Assembly: GCA_024704765.1 (NCBI GenBank)
Contig: JAKMXF010000266.1
Span: 372,001-436,000, forward strand
From: Oopsacas minuta
Lineage: Eukaryota > Animalia > Porifera
Direction of reading: 5' to 3'
Length of the DNA stretch: 64,000 nucleotides
The notes below the pieces were generated by a model. The model did not search any database. It saw only the letters and a program-made list of their open reading frames with translations, and was not told the origin of the DNA. Shown piece after piece: positions 13,401 to 23,509 of the stretch. How positions within the stretch are numbered: position 1 is the first letter of the stretch; each line of letters opens with the position of its first letter. Both the position numbers and the translations under genes were made by a program.

Positions 13401-13909
13401 ATGCTCATATTTTAAATGTATGTTTGGAACATGCAACAACAATTTCGATACTTTTAATGTCTTATTAAATGTCTATAGAGGATGGTGAGATAATCAACTT
13501 ATACTCGAGACAACCGACCCACCCATATCCTCCCCCTGAATATCCACCTTACTACATACCCCCTCCTCTACCCCGATCTGATTCTTATGATACCTCATCT
13601 GTCTACTACTCGTCTCATATCTCCAGAGATTCACGTGATCCACCTCCCCCATCACACGAGTCATATAACACGCACAGTCGCAGTATGCCAGATATCTGTA
13701 CTGGCTCAAAACGTAGATACACACGTAGAAGTCCTGATCTACAGGATAGCAGGGGAACATACAGTGAGTCTAGTGATAGTAGTTCTGTTTTCAAAACCAA
13801 TGAACACAACTTCTCACTTGATTTCCCGCCTGGAATTGTGACACCTGAGAGCATGCGTGCACCAGAGCGGTTCAATAATATCCGTCGAATAATCGACAGA
13901 CATAAATAA
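10423..13909 (+). CDS. ZCCHC8: ZCCHC8-like zinc-knuckle protein (NEXT-complex scaffold family), about 529 aa, 15 exons, no recognisable PSP domain
   Basis: Exons 10423-10630, 10700-10748, 11295-11345, 11605-11704, 11764-11861, 11917-12009, 12067-12142, 12204-12259, 12326-12379, 12560-12699, 12755-12790, 12876-12919, 12983-13030, 13111-13216, 13479-13909; phase-consistent, 1590 nt. The order coiled coil, LLTVIF, VMSSVEFNDLYSMERY...FPKYSQVY, CFNCGGNHTVSDC parallels ZCCHC8 (VVGSVLYF...IPKYHQVF...CFNCG). The 3' low-complexity exons are less certain. Confidence 0.7.
11175..11237. mobile_element. Partial MITE, inverted relative of the 30603 element
   Basis: Reverse complement reads CAGTAAACTTTCGATATAACGAAGTGCTCTGACC...TAAGCGGAGTAAA, matching 30603-30686. 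Confidence 0.5.
11406..11593. mobile_element. pogo/Tigger-like MITE in a ZCCHC8-like intron
   Basis: TA|CAGTAGACTTCACTTAAT ... ATTAATCGGAGTCTATTG|TA: imperfect TIRs with TA flanks. Confidence 0.6.
13259..13388. mobile_element. pogo/Tigger-like MITE in the last ZCCHC8-like intron
   Basis: TA|CAGTCAACTCCC ... GGGAGTTGACTG is a perfect 12-bp TIR. The core GGTTATATCGAACTCCGCTT is shared with 47936-48112. Confidence 0.7.
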
Positions 13910-14145
13910 TTCATCTCCCACTCCTTACATTTAAAATTAATCACAAGGGTTGGGTTATACTTTCTACATATATAATTGCCAAACTAAAGGTAGAAACACA
14001 CAAACAGTCAGTAATTGGAGAGAAAACCTAAGATAACCGCTCTGACGATTATAAATGGTTGATTTTTGTGTTATTGTTTTACCTTATATCATATTTACAA
14101 TTGTTTTCCATTACAAATATTCTTCACATTCTAGCAGCGATTAGA

Positions 14146-17100
14146 ATGACAGATTTTCCTGTTGGGACTTTAGTATGGGTGGAAGTTGGTGAAGGTTATC
14201 TCTTACCTGGCAAAGTTAAGGCTAAAGGAAAAAATAATAACAGCATCATAGAAGCGAATGGGAAGGAACATTGCATTGCATTTGCACAACTATTGCAAGG
14301 TGTCAAAAAGCGCGATGCTATTCCAGAGAAGGGCATGGAAGATATGATAAAGCTTTCTCAATTGCATGAAGGATCAATGCTATATAATTTAAATCTACGC
14401 TACAAACACGATTTAATCTACACCTATACTGGTAGCATCCTTATTGCCATTAATCCTTATCACTTATTTGATATTTATAATGTTGAGACTGCTCGAGCTT
14501 ATGAAGGTCAGTTATTGGGAGCTTTGCCTCCACACATATTCGCTATAGCAAATTCAGCTTACATGCATATGAATGCAAACAGACAGAATCAATGTGTGGT
14601 TGTAAGTGGGGAGAGTGGAGCAGGTAAAACAGAATCTACGAAATTAATTCTACAATATTTAGCTATTATTAATAAATCCACACATAATTTGATCACTGAA
14701 AAGATATTAGAAGCAACCCCAATTCTTGAATCATTTGGAAATGCTAAAACTATTCGGAATGATAATTCGAGTAGATTCGGGAAATACACTGAAGTATTTT
14801 TCGATAAACAAGGATGTATTGAAGGAGCAAAAATTTCTGATTATCTTCTTGAGAAATCTAGAATTGTGTTTCACGCGGATGAAGAGAGAAACTACCATGT
14901 ATTCTATGAAATGATTTCTGGTCTCTCTCAAGAGCATTTAGATAAACTAGGACTTTCGGCTGCGGATAAATATTTTTATTTGAACCAAGGTAGGGGTATA
15001 AGTTTTGAAAGTAAGAATGATAGTCAGGATTTCCAAAGATTAAATGAAGCAATTGATTTCTTAGGGATACAAGACACTGAAAAAGATGGAGTATTCCATC
15101 TGCTAGCTAGCATTTTACATTTAGGCAATGTTTGTTTTCGTGCGAAAAGCAAAGAGGATCAATTTGCTAGTTTCAAAAATACAGAAGCCTTAGATGTTTG
15201 CTGCAATCAGCTGCAAATTACCAAAGAAAGACTTCGGGTTGCGCTTACTCATAAACGCACTGTAACTCGTGGAGAAGAATTCCACACTCCCTTACTAGTA
15301 GAGCAAGCATTAGATGCTAGAGATGCTCTAGCCAAGGCATTATACTCCCATCTATTCAATTGGCTTGTCATGAAGATAAATAGTATTGTGTATGCAAATT
15401 TACCAAAGTATTCAGTTTCTATCGCGGTTCTAGATATATTCGGTTTTGAAATGTTTCAGGTTAACAGTCTCGAACAGTTGTGTATTAATTACGCCAATGA
15501 ACAACTACAATATTATTTCAATGAATACATTTTCCATCTTGAACAACAGGAGTATATGAAAGAGAAAATTGACTGGAAAACAATCGAAGTTCGCGATAAT
15601 CAACCTTGCATAGATCTCATTTCAAAATTTCCAATTGGTTTATTACATATTCTAGATGATGAGAGTCATTTCCCGAAAAGTACCGATGAATCTTTTCTCG
15701 ACAAATGTCACCATGAACACAGTCAAAATCCCAACTACATTCATCCCAAACAAAAAGTGTTAGTTTTCGGTATTCGACACTACGCTGGCAATGTTTGGTA
15801 CAATGTTGAGTATTTTCTGGACAAAAACAGGGATGTTTTCAGGAACGATTTTGTGAACATCCTACAAGATTCAAAATTACAGTTTATATCTACCATCTTC
15901 AACCAAACACTCACAAATCAACCCAACCAAACTCTAGCTGGTACTGCTACAAGAAAACGAATGCCAACAGTAGCTGCTAAATTCACGCAATCTCTCAACT
16001 CACTGATTGATACAATGAAAAAATGCCATCCATTTTTCGTACGCTGCATAAAACCTAATGAGGATAAATCATCATTAAATTTCATTGAGAAATTAGTGTT
16101 AGAGCAATTGAGATACTCAGGTATGCTGGAAACGATAAGAATTCGTAAATCAGGTTACCCTATTCGCTTAGACTTTGATTCATTCCTCTCGCGCTTCCAT
16201 TTCCTAGCAAGAAACAAGGAAAAACTTAGGGAAATGTCGCCGAAAGTAGGCATAAGTCATATCCTCAAATCCGTGAATGCTACTGGATTCCAAATAGGTC
16301 AAAGTAAAGTATTTCTTCGAGAAACAACTGAGTTAATTTTAGAGAAAACTAAATCAATAGAAATACAAGCAAAATGTGTTATTATACAGAAGGTTGTTCG
16401 TGGTTATTTGACTCGTATGGCTTTCATTCGTGTAAAAGCTTCAGTTCGTATTTTACAGTCAGCTGTAAGATGTTTCCTTGAAAGAAGGCGATTTTTGAAA
16501 TTCAGAAAATACGTGATTTATGTTCAGGCGACTATTCGGATGTTACGAGTCCGTAGACGTTATTTCATACTACTTGACGCGAAGAGACGATCTGACAGGG
16601 ATAAAATACAGAAGCAAGCCTTAATTAGAGCTGAGCAAGTTGCACTACAACTCAGCAAAAGACGGATACAACAACAAAAAGATAAACAAATCATCTTACA
16701 ACAACAACACCAAGATGATGCGACACATTTTAAATTTCCGCCTCCACCACCTGCTCTATCTACTGACCTATCTGAATGTGGAATTGATATCAACGCTATG
16801 CTTAGCGCTATCAACAAGGTTTGGACACACCCACATATACAAAAAGATCTTAAACGGATAGAACAGGATCAAGTGAATCAAATTCTGGAAGTGCCCTCAA
16901 ATATTCGAGACCTCCCAAAGGCCATCAACAATTGTCCGTTTTCTAAATACGCGAGAGCTTTTTTCCAAGAAGATAGGGAGTGGGTTATGGTGAAAAACAG
17001 AGTACCTATCTCATTCCTAAAGTTAAGTCCCTCTGTAGATAAAGAAGCTAAAATATTATTCATGTTAGTTCAAGAGTTCTTAACAAACAATTCATTTTCC

Positions 17101-20100
17101 CTTCAGGATGAGATAACTTTTGGAAATTACATCATCCACAAGGCGCTAACATCTCCTCAGTTACAAGAAGAGTTAATTGCTCAGCTCTGTAATCAGACAC
17201 GTTGTAATTACAGTGATGATCAATTGAGTAAGGCTTGGGTATTAATTGCCTTATGCATGTGTTCCTTCCCACTCCCAAAAGAAATTCATCCATTCATGTT
17301 GAACTATGTCTCTCATTACGCTTATGACGGCTATAAAGCATACTGCCAATACAAACTACTACGAACTACTGAATTACAAATTCAACGCTCTTATCCACCA
17401 TGTTTGTTAGAATGGAGATCTGCGAAGGAATTTAATACTATCACACTCAATATTGAATATGCTGATATAATACGTTCTGGGAAATCGAAGCTGATAAGTA
17501 TTGACTCGTGGAGTAAAGGCCAAGAAGTTGGCGCTGCTTTAATACAATCTCGCATATCATCAAAACTAGCCACAACGAAAGGCTGGAGTGTCCAATTACA
17601 AGATGACTTACAGCAAATAGAAATACCAACCTACGCATACATTCTTGATCCAATCTCCCTGATAGAATTACCACCTTACTTTTCAAAACAAAATAATTCA
17701 ACATATCTCTTCTCATGGAAAGGAGTTAAGCCAAGGAATTTCCCATCTAATATTGACGGACAATCTACACCAACTAGGTTACTCCCTGACAGACTATCCA
17801 GTTATTTAGATAATATATTTGATCCAATATTCACTGATCCTGATAACAGAAGTATTAATCAATCTATTTCAAGTGATGACCTTAAACAATTGGCGAATCC
17901 TCTTGTTATAACTGCAGAGTTGGAAGCAAATCTCCCTCCTAAGTCTTCAACACAAATATTCAGATACCCCAAGATAGAGACATCACCAGCAACATACACT
18001 AATCCTGATTGGCATTTTATGTTAAGAAAAGAGTATTTCACTCCTGGAGAAGATATAGAGAATCCAATCATATTAGATTTAGTATTCTTCCAGATTCTCC
18101 AGGATGTATATTCATCATTTTGTCTTAGGATATCACCACAAGAGCGTCAAAACATGTTAGAAATGTTCAGTGAATACAATATTACCTTATTCAATGCAGA
18201 ATGCAGTATAGCAGTTAAGAAATCTATTATTACAGCAGCTCGCTCTTGGCAGTGCTATTTCTCAGCAATTTCTCCAGTCTCTGGTGTAGGCAGTGCTGCT
18301 AGGTTCACTCATATCGGCGTTGGACACGCCAACATTATGATGATAAAGCAGCCAACTGAAGGAGACTATCTACAAGTAATAGACACATACGAGTTCAATA
18401 GCATACACGAGTGCATTAGTCTAAACCCTAAATTAATGAAATTATCTATTGGCAATTCACGTGATCTGGAATTTGTGTCTGAGTATGCGTTGCTGATAGT
18501 TGATCTAATCAGTGATCAGATTTCAATGTTGGAAGATGACTATCGCTTTGTTCTAGCCACAAGAGATTATCTAACTGAAGAGAAGAGCTTGCTTTCATTC
18601 ACGAAAGGTTCCATAATTAAGTTGCTGGCAAGACGTGATTTGGATAAGGGCTGGTTATACGGTGAAACTGCTGGTCAGATGGGGGTGTTCCCTGAGGATC
18701 TCGTCGTCCCTATTCTCGGTGAAGAACCCACGCGAGTTGCTGTAGAACGTGCAGAGTACCAGAACAATAAACGAATGAGTCTCCTCCCTGCTATCAATGA
18801 AGAAGAGGATAGAACCAAATCCGTCATTGATTTAATGCTGAATCAAATGCCTCAAGAAACTGAAAGTATTGAAGGATTGCGTAGACCCCCACTAATTACA
18901 AGACGCTCCTCCAAACTAATGTCACGTAGTGGTAGTATCACATTCAGATGGGCTATGACTGAATTCGCTATTAAACATTTCCGTTTCGGAAAAGAACGAG
19001 TTGATTATGAAAAGAAATTCGCGTCATCTATTCGCATAAAAAAGCTAACAATTACTGGTTCAATTCGAGAGAAGTTTGGTAGTCGTATTAAACCATCAGT
19101 TGACCATTTCAGTATAACGAGATTGTTCACTTACACTAAAACTCCTTTAGAATCAAGTTTACTACGTTTAGATGCGAATGACATTAATATTAACAAACTA
19201 GCGGTCGAAGGCTTCCTCAATATAATGATATTCATGGGAGATTATATGAGTAAAGGGAAAAGAGATTTTGAGATTGTTAATTTCCTCCTGAAAAACGGTT
19301 TGGAGTATGATGAATTGCGTGATGAGATATTTTGTCAGCTCGTTAAACAGACAACCAATAATAGTAGCCATAAATCTGATAGCTGTGGACGAGGTTGGTG
19401 CCTCATGTACATTTGTACTTCATTCTTCCCGTGCTCTACAACACTACAATCTTATCTTTTGCAACATTTCCAAGTACTTTCGGATGATACGCAGAGTATT
19501 TATCATGGAATCGCGACGAATTGTCTCGTTGCAATAAGGAAAGTATGTAGATTTGGTCCAAGACAGAATTTACCAAGTGATAACGAAATTAACGCACTTT
19601 TAGCTAACAAATACTCAAAGCATATTTGCATTCATCTCCCAGGCATTCTTACTAGAGTAGTTAAGATTTACAGTCACACAACAGTACATGATGTTAAACT
19701 GAGCATTTGTGAAGAAATGGATATTGTGAGTCCTAAACTTGTAGAAGAGTTTTTATTATTCATTGATTTTGGAGAAAAAACACAAATTTTGCCGTTAGAA
19801 GCGAATGAGTATATTTTCGATGTAATGAGCATGATTGAAAAAGAGTTTTTAGATTATAAAATATTTTTCAAACGAGCTATTTGGTTCCATCAAATCAAAT
19901 TAAAGAATCCTTTATTAATAGAGATTGCTTACCATCAGGTTCTTAGGAATTATTTGAAAGGTAACATTATTGTTATGGATGAAGAGAGTGACATAATTCC
20001 AACCTTTAGAGATAAAGTATTGTTGTTAGCAGCGCTACAACATAGAGCTCTTGCTAATCCCAAACCTCCAGAACGACAGGAAATGGTGAAAATTATTCCT

Positions 20101-20562
20101 AAGTGTATTTGGCGATCAATGACACCTCATCAATGGATTCTAGCTGTAAATGAAAAATTCCAAGATATTTTCGATTTAACGGACAGTCAAGCTAAATTTG
20201 ATTTTGTATTTCAAGCAGCTAGCCTGCCACACGCCGGCTCAGCTTTCTTCAGAATATTCCATGTATCCGATCGCAGGATTCCTGGAGAATGTATTCTAGC
20301 AATTAATAAATTCGGAGTCCACTTCCTAGACACGACAACACACCGTTCAATATTCTCATACGCACTACAGGATGTAGTATCTACACGGAAAATACGTTCT
20401 CATGATGGTAGACAATTTCTTGACATCAAATTTGGTAATTTGATGGTTCAACGTATTATTCGTTGTGAAACACCACAAAACCATGAAATCGGGCCAATAG
20501 TACGACAGTATGTGAATTTCCATATGGAATTAGCTCTTGTTAATACTACAGACAAAATTTGA
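14146..20562 (+). CDS. MYO15: Unconventional myosin XV (motor, IQ repeats, MyTH4-FERM, SH3, MyTH4-FERM), single coding exon
   Basis: P-loop GESGAGKT, NDNSSRFGK, LDIFGFE, FVRCIKPN, IQxxxRG repeats, two MyTH4 regions, SH3 (KGWLYGETAGQMGVFP), and the class XV-typical DLVFFQILQDVY...RISPQER. First ATG is at 14146; the ORF-track start at 14059 is TTG. Confidence 0.9.
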   Translation: MTDFPVGTLVWVEVGEGYLLPGKVKAKGKNNNSIIEANGKEHCIAFAQLLQGVKKRDAIPEKGMEDMIKLSQLHEGSMLYNLNLRYKHDLIYTYTGSILIAINPYHLFDIYNVETARAYEGQLLGALPPHIFAIANSAYMHMNANRQNQCVVVSGESGAGKTESTKLILQYLAIINKSTHNLITEKILEATPILESFGNAKTIRNDNSSRFGKYTEVFFDKQGCIEGAKISDYLLEKSRIVFHADEERNYHVFYEMISGLSQEHLDKLGLSAADKYFYLNQGRGISFESKNDSQDFQRLNEAIDFLGIQDTEKDGVFHLLASILHLGNVCFRAKSKEDQFASFKNTEALDVCCNQLQITKERLRVALTHKRTVTRGEEFHTPLLVEQALDARDALAKALYSHLFNWLVMKINSIVYANLPKYSVSIAVLDIFGFEMFQVNSLEQLCINYANEQLQYYFNEYIFHLEQQEYMKEKIDWKTIEVRDNQPCIDLISKFPIGLLHILDDESHFPKSTDESFLDKCHHEHSQNPNYIHPKQKVLVFGIRHYAGNVWYNVEYFLDKNRDVFRNDFVNILQDSKLQFISTIFNQTLTNQPNQTLAGTATRKRMPTVAAKFTQSLNSLIDTMKKCHPFFVRCIKPNEDKSSLNFIEKLVLEQLRYSGMLETIRIRKSGYPIRLDFDSFLSRFHFLARNKEKLREMSPKVGISHILKSVNATGFQIGQSKVFLRETTELILEKTKSIEIQAKCVIIQKVVRGYLTRMAFIRVKASVRILQSAVRCFLERRRFLKFRKYVIYVQATIRMLRVRRRYFILLDAKRRSDRDKIQKQALIRAEQVALQLSKRRIQQQKDKQIILQQQHQDDATHFKFPPPPPALSTDLSECGIDINAMLSAINKVWTHPHIQKDLKRIEQDQVNQILEVPSNIRDLPKAINNCPFSKYARAFFQEDREWVMVKNRVPISFLKLSPSVDKEAKILFMLVQEFLTNNSFSLQDEITFGNYIIHKALTSPQLQEELIAQLCNQTRCNYSDDQLSKAWVLIALCMCSFPLPKEIHPFMLNYVSHYAYDGYKAYCQYKLLRTTELQIQRSYPPCLLEWRSAKEFNTITLNIEYADIIRSGKSKLISIDSWSKGQEVGAALIQSRISSKLATTKGWSVQLQDDLQQIEIPTYAYILDPISLIELPPYFSKQNNSTYLFSWKGVKPRNFPSNIDGQSTPTRLLPDRLSSYLDNIFDPIFTDPDNRSINQSISSDDLKQLANPLVITAELEANLPPKSSTQIFRYPKIETSPATYTNPDWHFMLRKEYFTPGEDIENPIILDLVFFQILQDVYSSFCLRISPQERQNMLEMFSEYNITLFNAECSIAVKKSIITAARSWQCYFSAISPVSGVGSAARFTHIGVGHANIMMIKQPTEGDYLQVIDTYEFNSIHECISLNPKLMKLSIGNSRDLEFVSEYALLIVDLISDQISMLEDDYRFVLATRDYLTEEKSLLSFTKGSIIKLLARRDLDKGWLYGETAGQMGVFPEDLVVPILGEEPTRVAVERAEYQNNKRMSLLPAINEEEDRTKSVIDLMLNQMPQETESIEGLRRPPLITRRSSKLMSRSGSITFRWAMTEFAIKHFRFGKERVDYEKKFASSIRIKKLTITGSIREKFGSRIKPSVDHFSITRLFTYTKTPLESSLLRLDANDININKLAVEGFLNIMIFMGDYMSKGKRDFEIVNFLLKNGLEYDELRDEIFCQLVKQTTNNSSHKSDSCGRGWCLMYICTSFFPCSTTLQSYLLQHFQVLSDDTQSIYHGIATNCLVAIRKVCRFGPRQNLPSDNEINALLANKYSKHICIHLPGILTRVVKIYSHTTVHDVKLSICEEMDIVSPKLVEEFLLFIDFGEKTQILPLEANEYIFDVMSMIEKEFLDYKIFFKRAIWFHQIKLKNPLLIEIAYHQVLRNYLKGNIIVMDEESDIIPTFRDKVLLLAALQHRALANPKPPERQEMVKIIPKCIWRSMTPHQWILAVNEKFQDIFDLTDSQAKFDFVFQAASLPHAGSAFFRIFHVSDRRIPGECILAINKFGVHFLDTTTHRSIFSYALQDVVSTRKIRSHDGRQFLDIKFGNLMVQRIIRCETPQNHEIGPIVRQYVNFHMELALVNTTDKI

Positions 20563-20752
20563 CTTTTCTTATTGTTTCAGATTATTTTAGTATATTTTAA
20601 TAATTATGCTTATTGGTTGATAATTTAAATTTGTTAGAATAAAACTCAATTTTCCAGACTGAGATAAAATATGGGACAAGCAGGGATGAGAAACAAGTAA
20701 TGCTTTATAAGACAACGTATACGTATTCCTCTGTATTTTGATTAGCTCTTTA

Positions 20753-22228
20753 ATGGCCAATTCAAAGGAATACTTCAATAAACAACCGACTCAAAGCGGA
20801 ATAAAAGACTTAATTGAAAAGAAACTTATCCAGGTAGATCTGGACGAAATATACACACCACCAGTCGTCAGACCTATCGTATTTACTGAGAATTACGTTT
20901 CTAATAAACCCAAAGAGTTTATGCAACTTGGTAGTATAGTACAATCCAATTTACCAAATGAATTGATTGACCAGTCATCTTTAATTACAAATGAATCATG
21001 GCAAAAAGATAACAAATCATTAGATTTTGAAATGAAGATAAACAAACTAAAGTTAGAAAAGACCAAAAACGTTGAAACGAAAAATGTATTTTTGAATATC
21101 AATGACCCGTGGTGTATGATAGCAGTTGGTATACAAGGTGCAGGGAAATCACATACATTAATGAAATTAGTAGAAAGCTGCAGTATTCAGTTACCTGATA
21201 ATAAACTTCAATTTCCCATGACGTCACTTATTTGCCATTATGATCCTGATCTCAGTAATTATTGCGAAGCTGCAACTTTAGCATTATACCCATCAGCTGA
21301 TGTACACGTAATTGTCCCGCCTGATATGTATAATGAGCGGAAAAAATTTTACTCGTCTCTTCCTATGGTGAAAATACACCCTCTACTTTTTCAGTTTAAA
21401 AAGCTATCTATTGACCATATAAGGAAATTAATGACTGTAGATGCAGGCGAGAATATATTGTATATGCAAATACTGACAAATATACTCCGTAAATATCAGA
21501 AAAATGGGGAAAAATTGACCAGCATTAATCAGCTTTGGTATGAACTCAATGGTAAAAATAGTGTAGATAATCTACAGAAGCAACAACTGGTACCTCTCAA
21601 ACAGAGGATAGCTCTACTCCAGTCTTTTTTAGCTGGAGAGGCAGAAAATAATCCTATACAACTGTCCTCAAAAGCATCTGGGAATTGTATAGAGGATATC
21701 AGCGAATTATTTGAGTTGAAAGGAGCTATCCTTATCTTAGATTTATCCAATCCGCTAATGGATCAGAGTGAAGTATGTAGTGTTTCTAACATATTTGTTG
21801 ATATGTTCGTACATCATAAGGTTGATCATGGTAAACTGCTATGTTTTGATGAAGCACACAAGTTTCTAAGCAAATATAATGAATTAGCAAATACTATCGT
21901 TATTTCTGCTAGAGAATTGAGGCATCATGGACTACGTTTACTTGTTTCAACTCAAAACCCAGACATATTACCTGACGAATTAATAGAACTTTCAAGCCTA
22001 GCTGTTCTCCACCAAATCTTCTCCCCCAGATGGATTAAATTCCTTCAAGCGAGATATCCATTGAGTAATGAAATTGTAAAATCATTGGAGGGATTGTCTG
22101 TCGGACAGGCCATCATATACTCGCCCCGAGCGGCCATAAACTCACCTATTATCGGATCAGAAATTGCACACATTCAAGTATCAGGTCGCCAATATAGCTC
22201 ATCTGGTAGTAAGCTTAATAGTAGCTAA
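20753..22228 (+). CDS. HerA/FtsK/VirB4-superfamily P-loop ATPase of the type seen in fungi, protists and bacteria
   Basis: Walker A GIQGAGKSHT, Walker B LLCFDEAHKF, arginine-finger-like RELRHHG, sensor STQNP, and ILDLSNP. Intronless. Confidence 0.8.
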   Translation: MANSKEYFNKQPTQSGIKDLIEKKLIQVDLDEIYTPPVVRPIVFTENYVSNKPKEFMQLGSIVQSNLPNELIDQSSLITNESWQKDNKSLDFEMKINKLKLEKTKNVETKNVFLNINDPWCMIAVGIQGAGKSHTLMKLVESCSIQLPDNKLQFPMTSLICHYDPDLSNYCEAATLALYPSADVHVIVPPDMYNERKKFYSSLPMVKIHPLLFQFKKLSIDHIRKLMTVDAGENILYMQILTNILRKYQKNGEKLTSINQLWYELNGKNSVDNLQKQQLVPLKQRIALLQSFLAGEAENNPIQLSSKASGNCIEDISELFELKGAILILDLSNPLMDQSEVCSVSNIFVDMFVHHKVDHGKLLCFDEAHKFLSKYNELANTIVISARELRHHGLRLLVSTQNPDILPDELIELSSLAVLHQIFSPRWIKFLQARYPLSNEIVKSLEGLSVGQAIIYSPRAAINSPIIGSEIAHIQVSGRQYSSSGSKLNSS

Positions 22229-22464
22229 TCATTTGGATATTTTTAGACTTTTAATTGCAACTAATTGTTGAATTCTATTATCTTATAGATTTTGTTTACT
22301 TTGTGATTTGTTGTATTTGATTGCCTTATCAAAGCTTAAAACGTATATTCTAATGAATTCTAAATTCAGTAAAATACTCGCATTATCCAACAATCATTTC
22401 CTTAAGCATTTTTAGAATTAACACATTTGAGTGGATTGGATAACAAATTTTGCTTTGTATCAAA

Positions 22465-23097
22465 ATGGAATTGCTTTCATCATTTTTTAAAGAAAGTAAC
22501 CCTAACAAAATGTTTGAAGATTTCATATTTGCTCATACACAGACGACCAAAATGGGTGAAGAAATGATTTCAAAGCTCCGACATCAAGTTTTATTATTTG
22601 AGAAACCTGCATCAGAGAAGGTTAAGAAATGTAAAAAGCCTAAGAACATTGTTGGCCGTCAAAAAATAATGAAAAGTATCGGAGATATTCCGAATGAATC
22701 TATCAAATATTATTTATTTATTCCTATGTATAAGCTATGGCAACAATATGCAGCTGAAGTATTAGGCAAAGTCATTAGCAACCCAACGAAAGGCCAAATA
22801 ATGTCGAACTGCCAAAAACTAGTTAGACTTGACTACCACGGCTGTTTGATAACTGTGCTCGATTCGAAATGCAATTCATACATAGGACACACTGGTATTG
22901 TGATAAAGGAGTCGCAAAATACATTCACTATTGTAACTTTGAAAGATGAACGGAAAACTATCCCCAAACGTAACACTGTATTCGCGTTTAATTATGGAAA
23001 TGTAATGTTCAAATTGTTTGGAAATAATTTCAGAGTACGACCTAGCTTGCGTTGTTCAAAGCGTTTCAAAGATAAACCAACAACAGAATATTTATGA
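22465..23097 (+). CDS. POP4: Ribonuclease P/MRP protein subunit p29 (POP4/Rpp29)
   Basis: DYHGCLITVLDSKCNSYIGHTGIVIKESQNTF...IPKRNTVF...LFGNNFRVRPSLRCSKRFK. Confidence 0.92.
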   Translation: MELLSSFFKESNPNKMFEDFIFAHTQTTKMGEEMISKLRHQVLLFEKPASEKVKKCKKPKNIVGRQKIMKSIGDIPNESIKYYLFIPMYKLWQQYAAEVLGKVISNPTKGQIMSNCQKLVRLDYHGCLITVLDSKCNSYIGHTGIVIKESQNTFTIVTLKDERKTIPKRNTVFAFNYGNVMFKLFGNNFRVRPSLRCSKRFKDKPTTEYL

Positions 23098-23165
23098 ATC
23101 TTATCAAACCTTATATTTTCTAAATAAAATTATGCCTCAAACAATGAGATTTCATTTGTTTCGTA

Positions 23166-23233
23166 GCAGCGATGATGTTGGTGCGATGGGCGGACTGAAT
23201 TACATGTTGTTTCCAGCGCCTCTACTGAGCTGT
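23166..23233 (+). ncRNA. SNORD43: Box C/D snoRNA, SNORD43 (U43)/snR70 homologue; predicted guide for 2'-O-methylation of the C in 18S ACCGCmCCGUCG
   Basis: Terminal stem GCAGC/GCTGT. C box ATGATGT 23172-78, D' CTGA 23195-98, C'-like ATGTTGT 23204-10, D CTGA 23225-28. Guide GCGATGGGCGG (23183-93) pairs over 11 nt (one G-U) with the universal SSU rRNA CCGCCCGUCGC. The +5 rule points to the position known as human Cm1703 / yeast Cm1639. Confidence 0.8.
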
Positions 23234-23509
23234 AAGCATAGCTTACCTACGTGAATGCGTGATACATTTATTACAGGGTATACAATGCGGTAGTAAATAT
23301 GGCTGCTCATATATTATATCAGTTATATATTAAAAATTTGAATGTCAGCATACTAAATTCTCACTATTCAATTGTATGTATATTATTAATTGAGCCTCTA
23401 TAGCCACAATACACCATGCAATGCATTGGATTGTTGTATAAATATAGGTGATTATACAACTTAGTCAATTCTGAATTTCTCTACAGTTATACTACTAGTG
23501 TATTTTATT

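Noticed and set aside
14059-14145. N-terminal extensions implied by TTG/GTG starts in the ORF track (also 20738, 22450, 23498, 29208, 41745, 43301)
   Set aside because: The track uses prokaryotic start codons. The extensions are AT-rich UTR or intron-like sequence, so the first suitable ATG was used.
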